A stretch of DNA of 64,000 bases from Oculina patagonica (lineage: Eukaryota). The notes under the pieces were generated by a model. It ran no database searches. It saw only the letters and a program-made list of their open reading frames with translations, and was not told the origin of the DNA. Made by a program: the position numbers and the translations under genes. Numbering within the stretch: position 1 is the first letter of the stretch; each line of letters begins with the position of its first letter. The stretch covers positions 16,182,001 to 16,246,000 of the forward strand of contig NC_135759.1 of NCBI RefSeq assembly GCF_052425735.1. The letters run 5' to 3'. This document shows, one piece after another, positions 1 through 14,092 of this stretch.

Positions 1-2574
1 CTGGAAGAAAGATGATTAAAACCAACTTCACAAAAGTGTCGAAGAAACATGTACACAGGTATGTTTAAAGTTTTGCTGCTAAAACCTTCCGTTGCTGAAA
101 AGTATTTTCGTGACGCTTTAGTAGGTAGTAGTTTTTGTTATATGTCCGGTACTGTTCAGTGCTATCGAGCCATTTTCAACGTTTCAACATATAAACACAT
201 AAATAGCTTAATGGCTGCCAAAACTATTTTTAAAAATCAATCCTCTCTTGAGTTTATCCAATGTTTGTAAACTATGAACGTAAAAGCTCGGAAAAAAGAA
301 CTGAACATGTCAATAAAATTTCCTTTTTCAAGCAAAATGTTCATTCAACCAGCGTTTTTGTCCTTGAAACTCGGACCCACTAAGAATTGTGCAAGTTTTC
401 CATACTGTATCGCTATTTTGACCGGACGTGCAAACATGGCGCAAAAGTGGTTTGCGTGGGTTTTCGGCGTCGAATAATCTCCGTAAAATTGCATTTCCGA
501 AATATTCTCATGAAAACTGTAAATCAGGGGACTTAAATGTATTTATCACGATTTTGAGTAGTAAACCTTTTGGGAAGCTGGTAGCCGTGTTTTCTATTTA
601 TTTGACTTCAAAGTTAGTGGAAACATAAGCAGAAATGTCACAAATTAAAAGCGAAACAAAAAGCACGCCGCACACTCATTTGCGGTCGCAATAGCTAGTG
701 TACGTGGCAAAGGCACAAGATTAAATCATTATTGTAGAAGCACTAAAAAGCTTTAGAAGCGTGAATGGAATGCCAGTCAATATAGTGATCTCCACTAAAA
801 GGACAGTTATGACAAATGTTTAAATATTGTACTGCACGTATTGCTGATTTCTAGCCAAAATACGAAAAGAAGAATTTGCAGACGGCTTCGTTACAATCTT
901 CGGCAGTATTCACTTTGTGCAATTTACACGGTTGTTAGTAATACTACGAGGGTTTTTTCAAATTAGTTCAATATCCCACATCCTTTAAGATTAGCCCTGA
1001 TTGGGCGAGTGTAACAAATTTTGCAAATATTAACTCTGCATTGAGATCACCAATATATTTTTCGAATACAATTTGCATTTTTAATGATAACTGTACACGT
1101 TTTACCACTCTGATCCAATTCAATTTCACACTTTACAAGTGGATGCACCAAGTCAAGGTTGTCAAGTTGATTGTCACACTAGTTGTTCGTTTCGTTCAGC
1201 TAAGGAGTTCAGTTTGTATTCCCTATCTGCAGGTAAGTGTAAATCAGTTTTTCTAATGTTATTGTTAATTTTAAAACAAATTTTAATAACTGTAAAGTTT
1301 TTCCTTTTAGTTAAGTGTGAAAATGTAACGGACTAGAGTTGTTACTTGTTTAACCTCGCATTACTTGCTTAAATCGCAATTCGGTAGTTCCGAAGTGAAA
1401 ACAGATTCACAAATTCGACATTTGTTGATTCCGTGCTACTCGAGACTCATACAGCTCGCTTTAATACAGCCGAGGCCGATCTGATTTAACATCTCCCAAA
1501 TAGTTGGTCGTTTCAAGAATGCGTGAATAATGAAACGCGTCAGTGATTGAGAACAAATGACGTCACAACACTTACAAACGCTTGCCGACAACCGGAGAAG
1601 GCAACTTTTGGCGGCGAGGAAATGTAACAGATTATGATCTTTTTATCCCACACCCAATCGTGGAAACAACACAAAAAAAGTATTCACATTTGTTCAAACA
1701 ACTTAACAATTCAAGTTAGCTTTCTTTTATGACCTTATATAAGAGCAGGAGTATAAGCCATGACGTAAGCAGATGCCGGATTCTTACATATATGGACAAG
1801 GTTAAGAACCTTAACCCTTCTGAATAGGTGATCAGCTTAACTTTGCCAACTCTTATCCTGTCAGCCTCACGCTGCCACCCATAGTTGAATGAACTCACGC
1901 GATAGTTAACAACTATTTACCGAAGTTGCTCGCGCCACTTTGCGGCAAGGTAAATATCCACCACTAGCCACCGACACTGAGGTGAATAGTTTAAGTATAT
2001 ACTATAACAGTGAGATGATATAACCTGAAAGGATGATTTTTGACTAGTTTATTTCTGTCAACGATTACAATTTTCTCGCGCGCGTTGCTCGGAGGTGAAT
2101 AGCAAAGGATATCCGGAGTTTTAGTAGCCAATCAGCGCGCACCAAAAACGCTATCCACTGTTTTAGTATCATGATACTAATAATGAATAACTTTTGCGAG
2201 CAAAAGCAAAATCAGTAGTACAAATTAACGAAATAACACGAGCTACTGGGTGACAAATCGCCAATTGAGTGGCAATAAAAGTGCCAATAGTATGCGAAAA
2301 ACTGAAGTACAAACATCACGAACACTACGAACGGCGAGTGAGTAAAAAAAAAAAACAGACAAACGAGCCACGACAGGCAAAATATGAAACTTGATAAATT
2401 GAAGTTACTACTAGATCAACAGAATCCTGACTAGCTAAAATATGTGTTTTCGGCTGTAATGCAATTCAGAAGATTTAGGCACGTTCCTGAACCTCAGTGG
2501 AGTTTTCCGAGAGTTTTGTGCTTTGACACTATATATCACGAGGGCCAAAACTTACCTGTAGTTTAAAAGATTAG

Positions 2575-2900
2575 AAGTAAAAGGATGATTTCTTCTGTAA
2601 TTTCTTTTTGTTTTAGGAATTTCCTCACAGAAAAATGAAGGATGATTCTTTCAGTTTTATTTCGTTAAATTGTGCCACTTCATAGTATGAGGATTTCCTC
2701 AGAGTCATGAAGGACGATTCTCTTCGTGTTATATTGTTAGGCAATTTTTTTGAAATAGTACTTTATAAATAAATAAATAAGTATAAATCAATCATTCAAT
2801 CAATATTTTTTGTGCCACTTAGCACAAGGATTTGCCTGACAGCCGTCATAAAGGATGATTCTTTTTGTGTTATATCGTCGAGCAATTTTTGGAAATACTG
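2575..2900 (+). repeat. Imperfect tandem repeat (AAGGATGATTCT.. units)
   Basis: Motif recurs near 2581, 2638, 2711 and 2851, sharing TGTGCCACTT and GCAATTTTT segments. Confidence 0.6.
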
Positions 2901-5900
2901 AGCGCTATATAAATGCGCGAGAAACTCCTGCTCTGTGTACTTAGTTCAAAGTCACGTCGTTTTTTATCGGTCGAGAAATTAAAACAACATTAACTTCTCT
3001 TTAAAAATACTGGAGAGACTCCTGCTCTGTGTACCTAAGTTAGTCGCGAAATTTCATCCGGCCATCCCAATTGCAACATGAAAAGCTTTAAAATTCAAAA
3101 TTGGGATTGAGGAAAGGGATCTCTCGGATTATCGAGCGCCACGACTGACACCGACTGGCCTAGGTTCCTCTCTTAGGTTAATATGATTTTTCCTTCTTTT
3201 TTTTTTCATTACATTCATTTTTGGATTCGCCTTTGGCCACCAGAAACCAAATGATTCAAGCCACTTCTTATCTTGCAAGTTATCTCAAGGGCTATTTATT
3301 GTCATGAGCGATGTCCCCTTCAAAATCAAAATCCAGAATCTACATGCTGCCTCGAATTTTTTTTACGTCATTGGTCATTCAAGGAACATGTGGCTCTGGC
3401 CGAGGACACATTATTTGATTGGCTAGAATTTAAATCAAGCCAATCAAATCAACCGTTCAAAATTCCTTACAACAAAGCGAGTTTACGGTTGATTTGATTT
3501 GCTTAATTTAAATTTCCTTTGTAAACGATCTAGCCAATCAAATCATGTGTCCCAGAGCCACTTGTTCCTCGTGCCCCAGGCTCAGCCGGCTAAGATGGAC
3601 AAGCGGCTCTGGGGACGAGAATGGTCATTGGTTGCAATGTTCCTTTCTTTAAACTCGTTCCCAGGGTTTCTCTTCTTACTGCCCCAAGAGCGAGAGAGAT
3701 TTCTGTGTGTATTTGCAACACGCAGGTTGCAGGTCTGCACGGAGACATCAACATTCCTTTCCCGATTAGGGCGACAAATCTTCTTTAAGTCAATCATACA
3801 ATGCATGCATTTTTTATTGTTTTCAGTTTGCTACGTGCACTGAAATTAATTTACAATTCATTTCACACCAACATTAAGCAATACATTTCTCTGTTTGTGA
3901 ATTCAACTGTTTCGGCTAGCAAGCATAGTCTCAGCATACATTTCAAGTCATTTAGTCCTCGTGGAAGAAGTAAAGTGTCATTATATTTCTAGTTTGTTAG
4001 GCTCGGAAGTCAATCACTAGAACTGAAATAGCTTCGAGAAAGTGCGAAGCTTAGTCCAGAATTGCCCTGCCAAGGGGAGATTTTTCGCTTTGCTCGTGCG
4101 AACTTAAGTGTCATCCATCGTGTACAGTTGAGTTAAAAAACCACTTGTATCCTCAACAAGTGTTTGATTAAAAAAAAGTACATCATAGAATTTGCCCAGC
4201 CAAAGGAAGATATTTCCCTTTGCTCGTGCAAACACAAGAGCAGTTAAGTATCAATGATCATATGCATGCACAATTGATTAGTGAGCATGGTGTCACGAAA
4301 ACCACCTGTTTTCGTGCAGCCGATCGAGCCCAGCCGGTAACACTTTATTCGGCACTTGTCCTAAATTAATCGTGTGCAAAATGTAAGCTAAGGAGAGTGC
4401 CTTTAAGCACAACGGCCACTTTACTTACTGTGTGGCAAGGCACGACTTCATTGAAATCTAAAACGTTTTAATAACGGTCTACTCTTGGGGGTTAACTATG
4501 CGTATAAGCCCTATCGGCATAACTTGTCGTATCTCGATACCGCCCGCACGTACACCCATATCAATTGCTCATCACGCGACTCGGAATGGACACCTTACTC
4601 AATAGAGTTATGTTTGGTCTAGCTGTGTGGTAAGTTATATATATCAAACCGGCGAGAGAGAGTGTTTTATCATATTTCCAGAGGCCGAAATACGACGCGC
4701 AGCGGAATATTGTTGACGAACTTCGAGCTGTTTGGAAACGTGATGAAACACTGTCTTGAGTGGTCTTGAGTGTTTGATATTTCTTCTCAGTCGAAAATAA
4801 AACTAAAAAGTGAACAAGAAATAAAATCGTAAAAATCTATGCAAATTAAGATCGTATATGGTTCAATTTTATCCTTGGTTCAAATTTTATTTCTGTTTGT
4901 TTTCTGGCATGGTTATGCATGATAATGAGTTTAAAATAAAAAAAAATAAAATTTTAACCAAGAATAAAATTGAACCACAACATATCCAAAACAACGTCAA
5001 GGTTGTGATATTTTGATTTTTCCTTGAGGAATTATTCATGAGCTTGAGAGAGTTATTTACAATATTTTAGACAACTTTTAATATCTTTTGCAACTGTAAA
5101 ATGATTTAAGTTCAAAAAGGACGCCATTCCATCAATAGCGTGAGCTTATGATAGGTATGTAGGTTCTTAAGAGCACCGAGGACACAGGGCACTTCAGTCA
5201 TTCAATCGAATACTCATAAAACACCTGCATTAGGAGATACACACTATTCTTTGTTTGTAAACAAATATTTGTAACTGTCGCGTGGTCAGTTCAGCAGTCC
5301 CGAAAAGCACGTGCTTTCCGAAATACGCACTATCTTTGTTTGTAAACAAAGCTGCGTAGACTGTCGCGTGATCAGTTTGGTGGCTCGGAAGTCTTTAATA
5401 GTATTTCGTTGTGGTAAACACAACAAACCTTATTTTTGGACTTTGCATCGCAGTGGCCCGTAAAGTTGTAGGAACAACAAACGCGTGTGGCCTTCAATGT
5501 GGTCCGATCAACAAGGCTATACGATTTCGCCAGCAAGGAAATAACTTTCGTACCAGCGGGAATCAAGTAAGGGATTATCTACCACTGATAATCCTGTGGC
5601 ATTTTCAGCCGGAAGCCGCTAAACGACCCTGATAGTTTAGTATCGATTTAGCATGAGCATAGCGTGCACATCTCATTCCCGCCAAAACATTGCGCAATGC
5701 TAATTAGCATTACGCAGCTTTTTGGCGGGAATGACTCTTTTACAATATGGTACATAGCTCTAGGCTGAATTGTCTGAGGACGCTGTTGTGTGCAGATTCC
5801 TGAAAAATTTGCTCTATGTCGTTCAACAAATGTAGAAGACTCAATAACGAGAAGGATTAGAAAGTAAAAGAGTCAAAATCGTGTTATGACTGATATGTGA

Positions 5901-8278
5901 CTGACTGATATGCTAGATGTTAAAGGAGATGTATTCAACAACAATCACAGTTAAGATTCCAAAGATCAAACAACTGTTTTTAGAATGCAGTCTAAATCGC
6001 TCTCGAAAAGTGCTTCTTTGCACAAACCCCTCGGTTTCTATTTTAAGTGATTAAGTATAGAAATCACCGGCAACTCAAAATACTCATCCAGTCGCCATTG
6101 ACGGGAGCGATCTGTCTAGACTAGATTGAATGTCAACGCATATGTAAGAAAGCACACCGCGGTGACTATACTGCATTGTCGCTCCGGTTAAAGTCCTTTT
6201 ATATATTTTGATAACTTTGTCAGTTCAAAGTCTACTCAAAGTCCATTCAAAACTCAGGATAGCGCCATAAATAAATACGCAGGTTGTGTAGCGTTTGGCC
6301 GGACTTCGTACGGCAGTTCACAGGTCGGGCCTGGCTTATCAGAAGTTTACTTCTATGTGAGAATATCTTCACTAGATAGTTGCTTTTTGGCGGACTTCGC
6401 CAAAACCTGTTAGTTTCTTACAATAAAACAGTAAGAAAAAGTATCGTAAATCATACTCGTGATGTTTTAAGTTTATCCCAGAGCTGAACTGTATACAGAC
6501 AGAATCACCCTATTGACACATACCCGTGCACATACGTAGATCCCCCAAGTTGTACTCTAGATACTTCCTTTGTATCTGTTACAGTAAACCTCTATAGGTA
6601 CTAAGTACATTTATTTACAATTAACTGAACATTGTTACAGGAAACTTCAATTAAGCCCAGTACGTTTGTGGGAGGTGATTTATGCGGGGAATGTTGTTTA
6701 ACAACATTAGTTTAACTTCCTTAGTTATGCCAGCTTAATTTTGTCTCATTCGTTCTATTAATCATATCTTTCTGAAACATTTTATCTCGTTTTTTGTTAC
6801 ATTTCAATTCATTTCGGATTGAATTTGTTTTTCTTTGATACCAATATTTCAAGCTGCACTCGTGTAAATTACGAAACATAACGTACACAGCTACTGAACG
6901 GAGCACTCAGTTTATCACCAAAAAAAATAAATAGGAAGAAAGTGAAACTGGTTACTGATGAAAATATCTCTCCATAGTAGCCGAGCTCGAGCCCACAGGC
7001 ATTTTTCCGCCTGTATCAACTTTTCGTTTGTTGTTATTTCGTAATCTTGGTAGGGCACGAGCTCTTCGGGCCTGTTTGTGCACTATGTAGGGGAGATCAA
7101 TGAAGCTGACTGTAAAAGACGTTGTATAGAAATGTGTCTTTTCGGCTTATATGTTGCTGTTGCATGCATTTGTGCTTCTCGTTATCGATAGAGTCGTATA
7201 CTAAATGACCTTCCATCTACAGTAATCCATTTTACGTTATCAGAAATACCATACAACACAGTACTGTATTGACTTTCGGCATAGTTTGCGAGTCTCTGTA
7301 ACTCCGGCTATAACTCTGCTATAACCAAATAAACCTAAGGGCTAGTTTCATAGGAAGCATATATTTGGAATGTTTCTACTCCAAGACATTTATGTAACGT
7401 ACAAGGTGGAAAAAGCCGGAATTTTAATATTTATCATCCTTTTCATTCCTTTCAGTGAACTGAAAGGAATGAAAAGCCGACGAAAAAGCTTAACCTACGG
7501 AGTGTTTAATACAAAACAAACTTAGAATTTTGCCACTTAAATTTTAAATTACTTAAATAATCTTCTGCTGATTGATCTTTAGTTCCGCTGTGTCACTGTT
7601 TTTATTTTCATTTCTCAATTATTGTGGTTTTATCCCGGAGTTTTATGAAGCTTTTAATACCGCAAAACCGACCAAAATGTAAATATTTTTATGTTATCAT
7701 GTATCATAAACAGTTCCGGTAAAAGGCCCCCTCTTCTGCTCAACGTCAGTTTACATTCTCATCACGAATGACTGACCCGGTTAACCGACGTACAAACAAT
7801 TTTTACACGTAAACAAAAGGTATCCCTAATATTTTACTTGGACTGTGATCGTGTAAATGGGGTTAAATTGTCCTGAAAGAAGTCTTTAACTGGCGAAAAC
7901 AGCGACTTTGAGAAAGTCTAGGCTTTTATAAATTTCAGTTCACGCCTAGAACGACCGCGTGTCTCAAATCAGTGTTTACATGGACGGTTCTCCGCTGATA
8001 AGCGGCCACACACATGCAGGCGCATACAACGAATTATGCAATAAATCCCCGGCCGTTCATTCATCGAACCACGAGGAGAACATTAACAGGAAACGGAAGG
8101 ATCACAATTCCTACCAGCCAATAGGAATGGTGAAAAGTGTAATCGAATACACCGTAAACAGAGCTAGCATGCAGCAACACTAATATATTGACGGCGATTT
8201 GTTAGACTTGCAGAAACGATGCACAACAACGACACTGGAAGACACGAAGTGTAATAAACCAAACGACAACACTGAAAC

Positions 8279-11200
8279 ATGGAGTTACAAATATATCAAG
8301 TGGCAATTTTATTGACGACGCTGTTTAGCGGATCCGACACAAGGCCTGACGCCTCAAGACAAATTTCAATGAATGGACTGCAATCTGCCGTAAGTCATGA
8401 AGTTGTAAATATTGAAGTTTAACAGGGTCATAGCATAACTGTCTCAGTAGTAAAAGCTGAATGACATGGGTCATGATCGCCTGACATCACGTTAATATAA
8501 TGCTTATAAATTTCTTTAAATCCGATTTAGGAAAATCAGCTACAGGAATACACATCGCCTAGACAAGGAGCGCTCATAAAGCGCCCGCTAGTGGAAAATG
8601 TCCTCAAATCGACGATCGAGAGAAGAGCAGTCCTACAAAGGCTTGAAAGGAGCGGAAAATTACGCAAAGAATTTTTCTTTCCTTCCAAAAAAGGGCCCAT
8701 TGTACAGAAGGGGGAGACAATCATACAGAAGAAATTGGACTATTTGGCCAAGTTCAGTCAGAAAAAAGTACTGAGGCGTCTTCGTCGTTATGCGGCACAA
8801 GGTTCCAAGTGGTCTTCAAGAGACATTACCTGGAATATTGTCGATTGGAGCGTGAAACTGTCTAATAATGACGTTAAGAACACTTTAACAAAAGCATTCA
8901 GGATCTGGGCAGAAGTATCTCCGCTGACATTCCGTTGGGTTGATCCGCCAACCGTTGCTGACATAACCATCAAGTTTGTCACAGGTAAGGAACTTTCCGT
9001 GTGATTCCTGTCCTTATAATACAACCACGTGCAGCGCGCAAATTATTGTGTTGTTGTGAATCCGTGCCGCTTGCCGCCTATTTTCACCTAACCTTAACTG
9101 GAATAGTGATTAGCGGTTTTACCATTTTTCGTAAACCCTTGTCATAGAGCACGTAACAGGACGAAAGGCCAAAAATTCAAAACAGTCAAGTGAACTTTTA
9201 TAATTGTTACATACAAACCGGCTTACGCCTTTTTATTATCATTCATCTTTTGGCACTTTGATATCAACACCTTTGATCGAGAAACACTTAAAACGACGAA
9301 ACGAATATAAACGTTTATGTTCGCTAACTGGAATTTTTTTCAATGGAACGTTAAGTTTTGTTTAATATAAAGCAAAAATATGTTGCTTCTTACAAATCTT
9401 TGTTTGTTGTGGTTTGCCTCGGAGATATCACGAACATGACACAATTTCCGTTCCCAGTGAGACAGCATTCATAACGTTCCCGCCACTAATGAAGGAATAT
9501 CCCGGTTCTGTTTTGAAACCCTAGATTTCCGTTTTATAGCTCCGCCAGAAGCACAAAGCATTCAGTTTCCACGGCTTCTTTTTCAATCATAACATATTCT
9601 CGAGGGTTGCAATACTTTTCTCGTGTTTTCTTTTCAGCTACGCCCCTTTAACAGACCATGCTGTCCCTGCAAATTCTTTCACAGTCGAACACTTTCACGT
9701 TCTCTAATTAAATTTGCCCGCTGAATATTTAATGCAATGATGGCTTCCTGAATACAAGGGTTCTTCTTCCTGAATAGTAATGTATTACACATAAGCGACT
9801 TTATTAGCAGCTAAATCACGAGTACCCCAATGATGTGACCTTGCGCAGCGTATCGTGCTCAAAGCCGGTGTGTTCTCGTCTCCGCCCACTGACTATTTGT
9901 TCAGTTTACGCAACAACACTTCCCTGCGTTGTCTCTGTATAGAATTTGTTTCTTTTTTTGTTTCTCCACGGGAAGTTAACACGGAAACCAGCTCGAGAAA
10001 CCCTTTATAAACACTTATCGACCCAAATAGAATTGGAACGTTTACCAATCCTAGTATATATTTCGTTGGTTAATACTATAAAACCGGAAAGTTTATTTCA
10101 ACAATTTGCCTTGCATGTCTTGTTTCTTTTTCCAAGTCCCACATTGACGTCATCAGCAGGGCTCTAAACTATTCAGTGCTTGGCACTAACTTTGGTTAAA
10201 GAGAGAAAAACACCCAGTATTCATGAGTATTCGAGTCGGCGAAAGTAATTCACGCTACGGTTTACTTAATTAAGTGTTCCGGTATTCGGTAAAGAAAAAA
10301 TCCGCCACTCTATGACGTGCAAACATTCATCCTCTTTTCTCACCCAAAGTAACCTGTAAAATCTCTTCTGGACTGTATGTTGATACTGCCTCATGCCCTC
10401 ATCCCTCGCATTCCCTCACGATTGATTTCATAAGGACCAAGGGTGGCTTGCGTAGACTATAGCGCTACCTGACGTAATAGGGGGGAAGGGGGAGGGGTGG
10501 AAAACGGGACGAAACTAAACCCTCTTTCCGCGGTATTTCACTTGCCTCTGACTCATCTAACTGATCTAACACCTGTAAGTTCAAGTTACAATATTCTACA
10601 CACTGGAAGCTAGATGCAAATTTTACAAGTACAAGGCTCCACTGACAAGATGTTATTTTTCCGAACAAATCTCTTTGTCAAGTCTTAACTTCCACACACT
10701 TAACATCCTTGAGGTATCTGACTCAAATAATGCAACACTATTGCGATTGTAACATTTCCAATTATGTGAAACAGGCGGCGAACTGGCCTGGCCATTTTAT
10801 TTACTATTTTTAGCTAAAGTTTTCCAATTCCTGGCGCCATATAACACGATTGCACACAGACACAGTTCTTATATCGCGACCACATTTTCCGGCTTTGGCT
10901 AAGATTTACTCAAAACTGGCAAATGGTTACTTATTCATTTAGCGATTTTACTCAGACTGAGCCAGTCAATGCTGGATAGGATTCAGGATTGTCAGTTCCT
11001 ATCTCTCTTTTGCACCGAGATGTTTTGCCAAAATCATCCTGGCCCAGCTCCACTTTCTGTTTGTTTCTAAATCCGGTCTATGTAGACGGAAGCAAACATT
11101 TACTATATATAATTAATCGTACAAGTAGCGGAAGCCTAAAGTCTTGGCATGGCCCAACTTAAAACCGCTCCGTCTATAATCAGTGCCTGAGATTCCGTAA

Positions 11201-13584
11201 CAAGTGTTGAATAATGGCGTTTTGCCATCGAATTATTCATTCTTAATCTTGATGTCGAAATTCCTTTCCTTTTTAATTTATTAAAATTCCAATATACAAA
11301 AGACATCTAACCAGGTCCATTGAAGTACTTTACATCCAATTCCGAACAACGAGTTTAGAAAGGTCGAAAAATGGTTGATACTGTTTTTATCGGAACTTAG
11401 ACATTGTTATACAGTGGAACCCCGATATAACGATCTTCGATATAACGATATTCCCGATATAACGATGAATATGTTAGGTCCCGGCAATAGTAAAATGTAT
11501 GGGACGGACCCCCGATATAACGATTCCTCGATATAACGATATAATTTTACTGCCCCCTTGGCATATCGTTATATCGGGGTTCCACTGTATTGCCATTTTG
11601 AAGACGGAAGGACTCACTAAATTCACAAAGAGTATGAGTGATAAACCCACATAAATTGTCAAGCATTGTGACAATATTGACGACGCAAACCTCTTATTTT
11701 TTGTTAGGCAATCCAGTTTGTTCACGGATGAACGTATGGCGGAGTCGATCCTCGTAAAAGTACTGTACCCCAGTAAAAATAACACTTACAAATTGCGAAC
11801 GCTTGTTGCCATCAGCATGATTTCGAGTTTCGGTTGTCTTTTTGCAAGCCGCTATGTCACAAAGAGATTAATAATTGTTGATAAAAAGTAAAGTGTTTTG
11901 ATAAAGGAAAACCAAATAGTTTTCATTCAGCCATAAAAATGTTTCTGGGTTTGTCTTAACTGGCGAGGAATGATTTGAAAGGCGGGCGGCCCCAAGAGGT
12001 TAGAGATATAAGGGGGCTCCCTATATCCCAGTTCATTAAAACCCCGTGTTGGTTGCATTATGTTACCTTCCCATAGGTGGTTCTTCCACTGAGCTATAAT
12101 GGAGACTCAGAGATTGGGCCACAATAAAATTGTTAGCACGACCTTCGTAAAAGCAAAATGAATCGCTCATACTCTATATCTCAAATCTCTCGTTCAATTT
12201 TTTCTGTTAGGAAATCACGGGGACGTGAAGGCTTTTGACGGCCCAGGGAATGCTGTAGCTCACGCTTTCTACCCTGATAACGGAGGAGACATTCACTTTG
12301 ATGACGACGAGAGTTGGACTGAAGACTCTTTACTGCCGGTTGCAGTACATGAGATAGGCCATAGCGTGGGACTGCGCCACTCTAATGTGCCAGGTTCTGT
12401 CATGACTTCATTTACAACCAACTTAAACAGCAAAGTCGTACTATCTGATGACGACGTCAACGGAATCCGCTCAATTTATGGTATGTAACACTTTTGGTTC
12501 CAGCATTATGAAACTAATTACTCGCCGATGTGGAGGCGATTACCTATGTTATTTATCGAGACGTATGGTGAGAACTTCAGAATTAAACTCCTGAGAACTA
12601 ATGAAAATGAAAAGCTCCTTTCACATAAAAGAAAGATACACCCACAATGACCCAGAATTAAAAGAAAAAACAAGCGGTAACCGGTTAATTATTGCTAAAT
12701 TAAAACACGAAAGAAGCACCGAGGAAATTAGAAGAATAAATTTATTGGGTACCTTTGTTGGACCATGAGCTACTGTATGAAACATCTTTTAATACTGAAA
12801 TGGATATCTTTAGAGCGAGACGCCTTATACGATTTCCGAACCTTCGTTTCTTATCAAATCCCTTTCTTGCAGCATCTAAAGGTTGACAAACCATTTTTCT
12901 TTCCGCCAAAGAAATAGTCCTACTATTTTGTCAGGCCATATTTACTGAAAAGTGGTTTTCTGTACTCTCTCTGAAGGTTACTGTAGGCCTACAGTGACTG
13001 CCATTGAATCCTGGATGGGCGATGGAAGAACTTACATTTTCAACGGGGCTAGTTTCTGGCGTCTAAACGATCCAAAAGACGAGAGCGAACGTGGCTACCC
13101 AAAAACAGTCACTCGGTCATGGAAAAATGTTCCAGATGACATCGATGAAGTTTTTCTTTGGGGTCACAACTGGGGTACCTATTTTTTCAAAGGACATGAG
13201 TATTACAAGTATAACGATAGACTCAATGAAGTGGAAACGAGCTTATATCCTAGAAACATCTCGCAAGGATGGCCTGGACTGCCGGCAGATGGAATTGATG
13301 CTGGGTTTACTTGGAGTAATCACGAAAGCTACTTTTTTAAAGATGACCAAGTGTACTTATATGATAACCGCAATGACCAAGTCGACTATAGATACCCCAA
13401 ACCGATTAGTGAGGTATGGCCCGGTCTCCCTAATAACATCGATAGCGCTTTCCGGTGGTATTATGACGGTGTCTCCTACTTCTTCAAAGGTCATTATTAC
13501 TATTGGTGGGATGATCGTAACAAGGTCGCAAAGGGTCCCTTTTTTATCGGCAAAACCGAATGGAAGAACGTATGTAAAGTTTAG
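8279..13584 (+). CDS. Secreted matrix metalloproteinase (M10A matrixin) with hemopexin domain, ~480 aa; exons 8279-8389, 8531-8984, 12211-12480, 12977-13584
   Basis: Signal-peptide-like start [16 protein letters not shown]; furin-type site RRLRR|YAAQGSKW; catalytic motifs HGD..FDGPG..AHAF and HFDDDESWT; zinc motif [11 protein letters not shown]; Met-turn SVMT; hemopexin repeats (GYPK, IDAGF, YFFK, IDSAF) bracketed by Cys. All introns GT-AG with consistent phases 0/1/1. Confidence 0.95.
11412..11587. mobile_element. Tc1/mariner (pogo-type) MITE, TA TSD
   Basis: TA|CAGTGGAACCCCGATATAACG...CGTTATATCGGGGTTCCACTG|TA; internal CGATATAACGA repeats. Confidence 0.9.
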
Positions 13585-13625
13585 GTGAGGTTCTATCTCA
13601 TTTTTAGCCTTTTTTAGGTACCCTG

Positions 13626-14011
13626 AAGGGCTCGAGACTAACGGTAGCCAAATAGCCACAGGCTAGTAGAAATGCAGTTTTGGCTAGTAGGTTCTGGGCT
13701 TTCACTAGCCAAAATGGCTGGTTAAAATTTCAGGAATCTGATTGGAAGTAAACCATGCATCACATCAACTCCGAGAGAACTGAACTCACAAGTACACTGT
13801 CATCACATATAAAATTATGTGGACAAGCTGAAATTACTAAAAAGTAACCTAAAATTAATGATAACAGAGCCAGTTAAGACGGCAAAGTGTCTCTGCCCAA
13901 ACCTAAATTAGCTTGAGAATTCTGGCTAGTAGAAAATTGGTTTTGACTAGTGAAATCAAAGCTGTCACTAACCAATGAGCTAGCTAGCAAGAAAGTTAGT
14001 CTCGAGCCCTG
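13626..14011. mobile_element. hAT-like MITE, 5-bp TSD CCCTG, in the MMP 3' UTR; TIR related to 24905-25654
   Basis: CCCTG|AAGGGCTCGAGACTAAC...GTTAGTCTCGAGCCCTG|CCCTG. Confidence 0.85.
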
Positions 14012-14092
14012 CCCTGTCAAAATCGCCAGCTATGTGGCGTGCTGATGTAGCTCAAGAGGGTCGACAGAGATCCCCTTGGCTGCTATTCAGTA

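Noticed and set aside
5372-5632. Cys-rich short ORFs on both strands
   Set aside because: No ATG or signal peptide, and no supported splice structure.
11412-11587. Regularly spaced CGATATAACGA repeats that look CRISPR-like
   Set aside because: Subterminal repeats of a TA-flanked MITE in eukaryotic DNA; no cas genes.
13091-13659. ORFs 13091-13588 (+) and 13357-13659 (-)
   Set aside because: Alternative-frame and antisense shadows of the MMP hemopexin exon.
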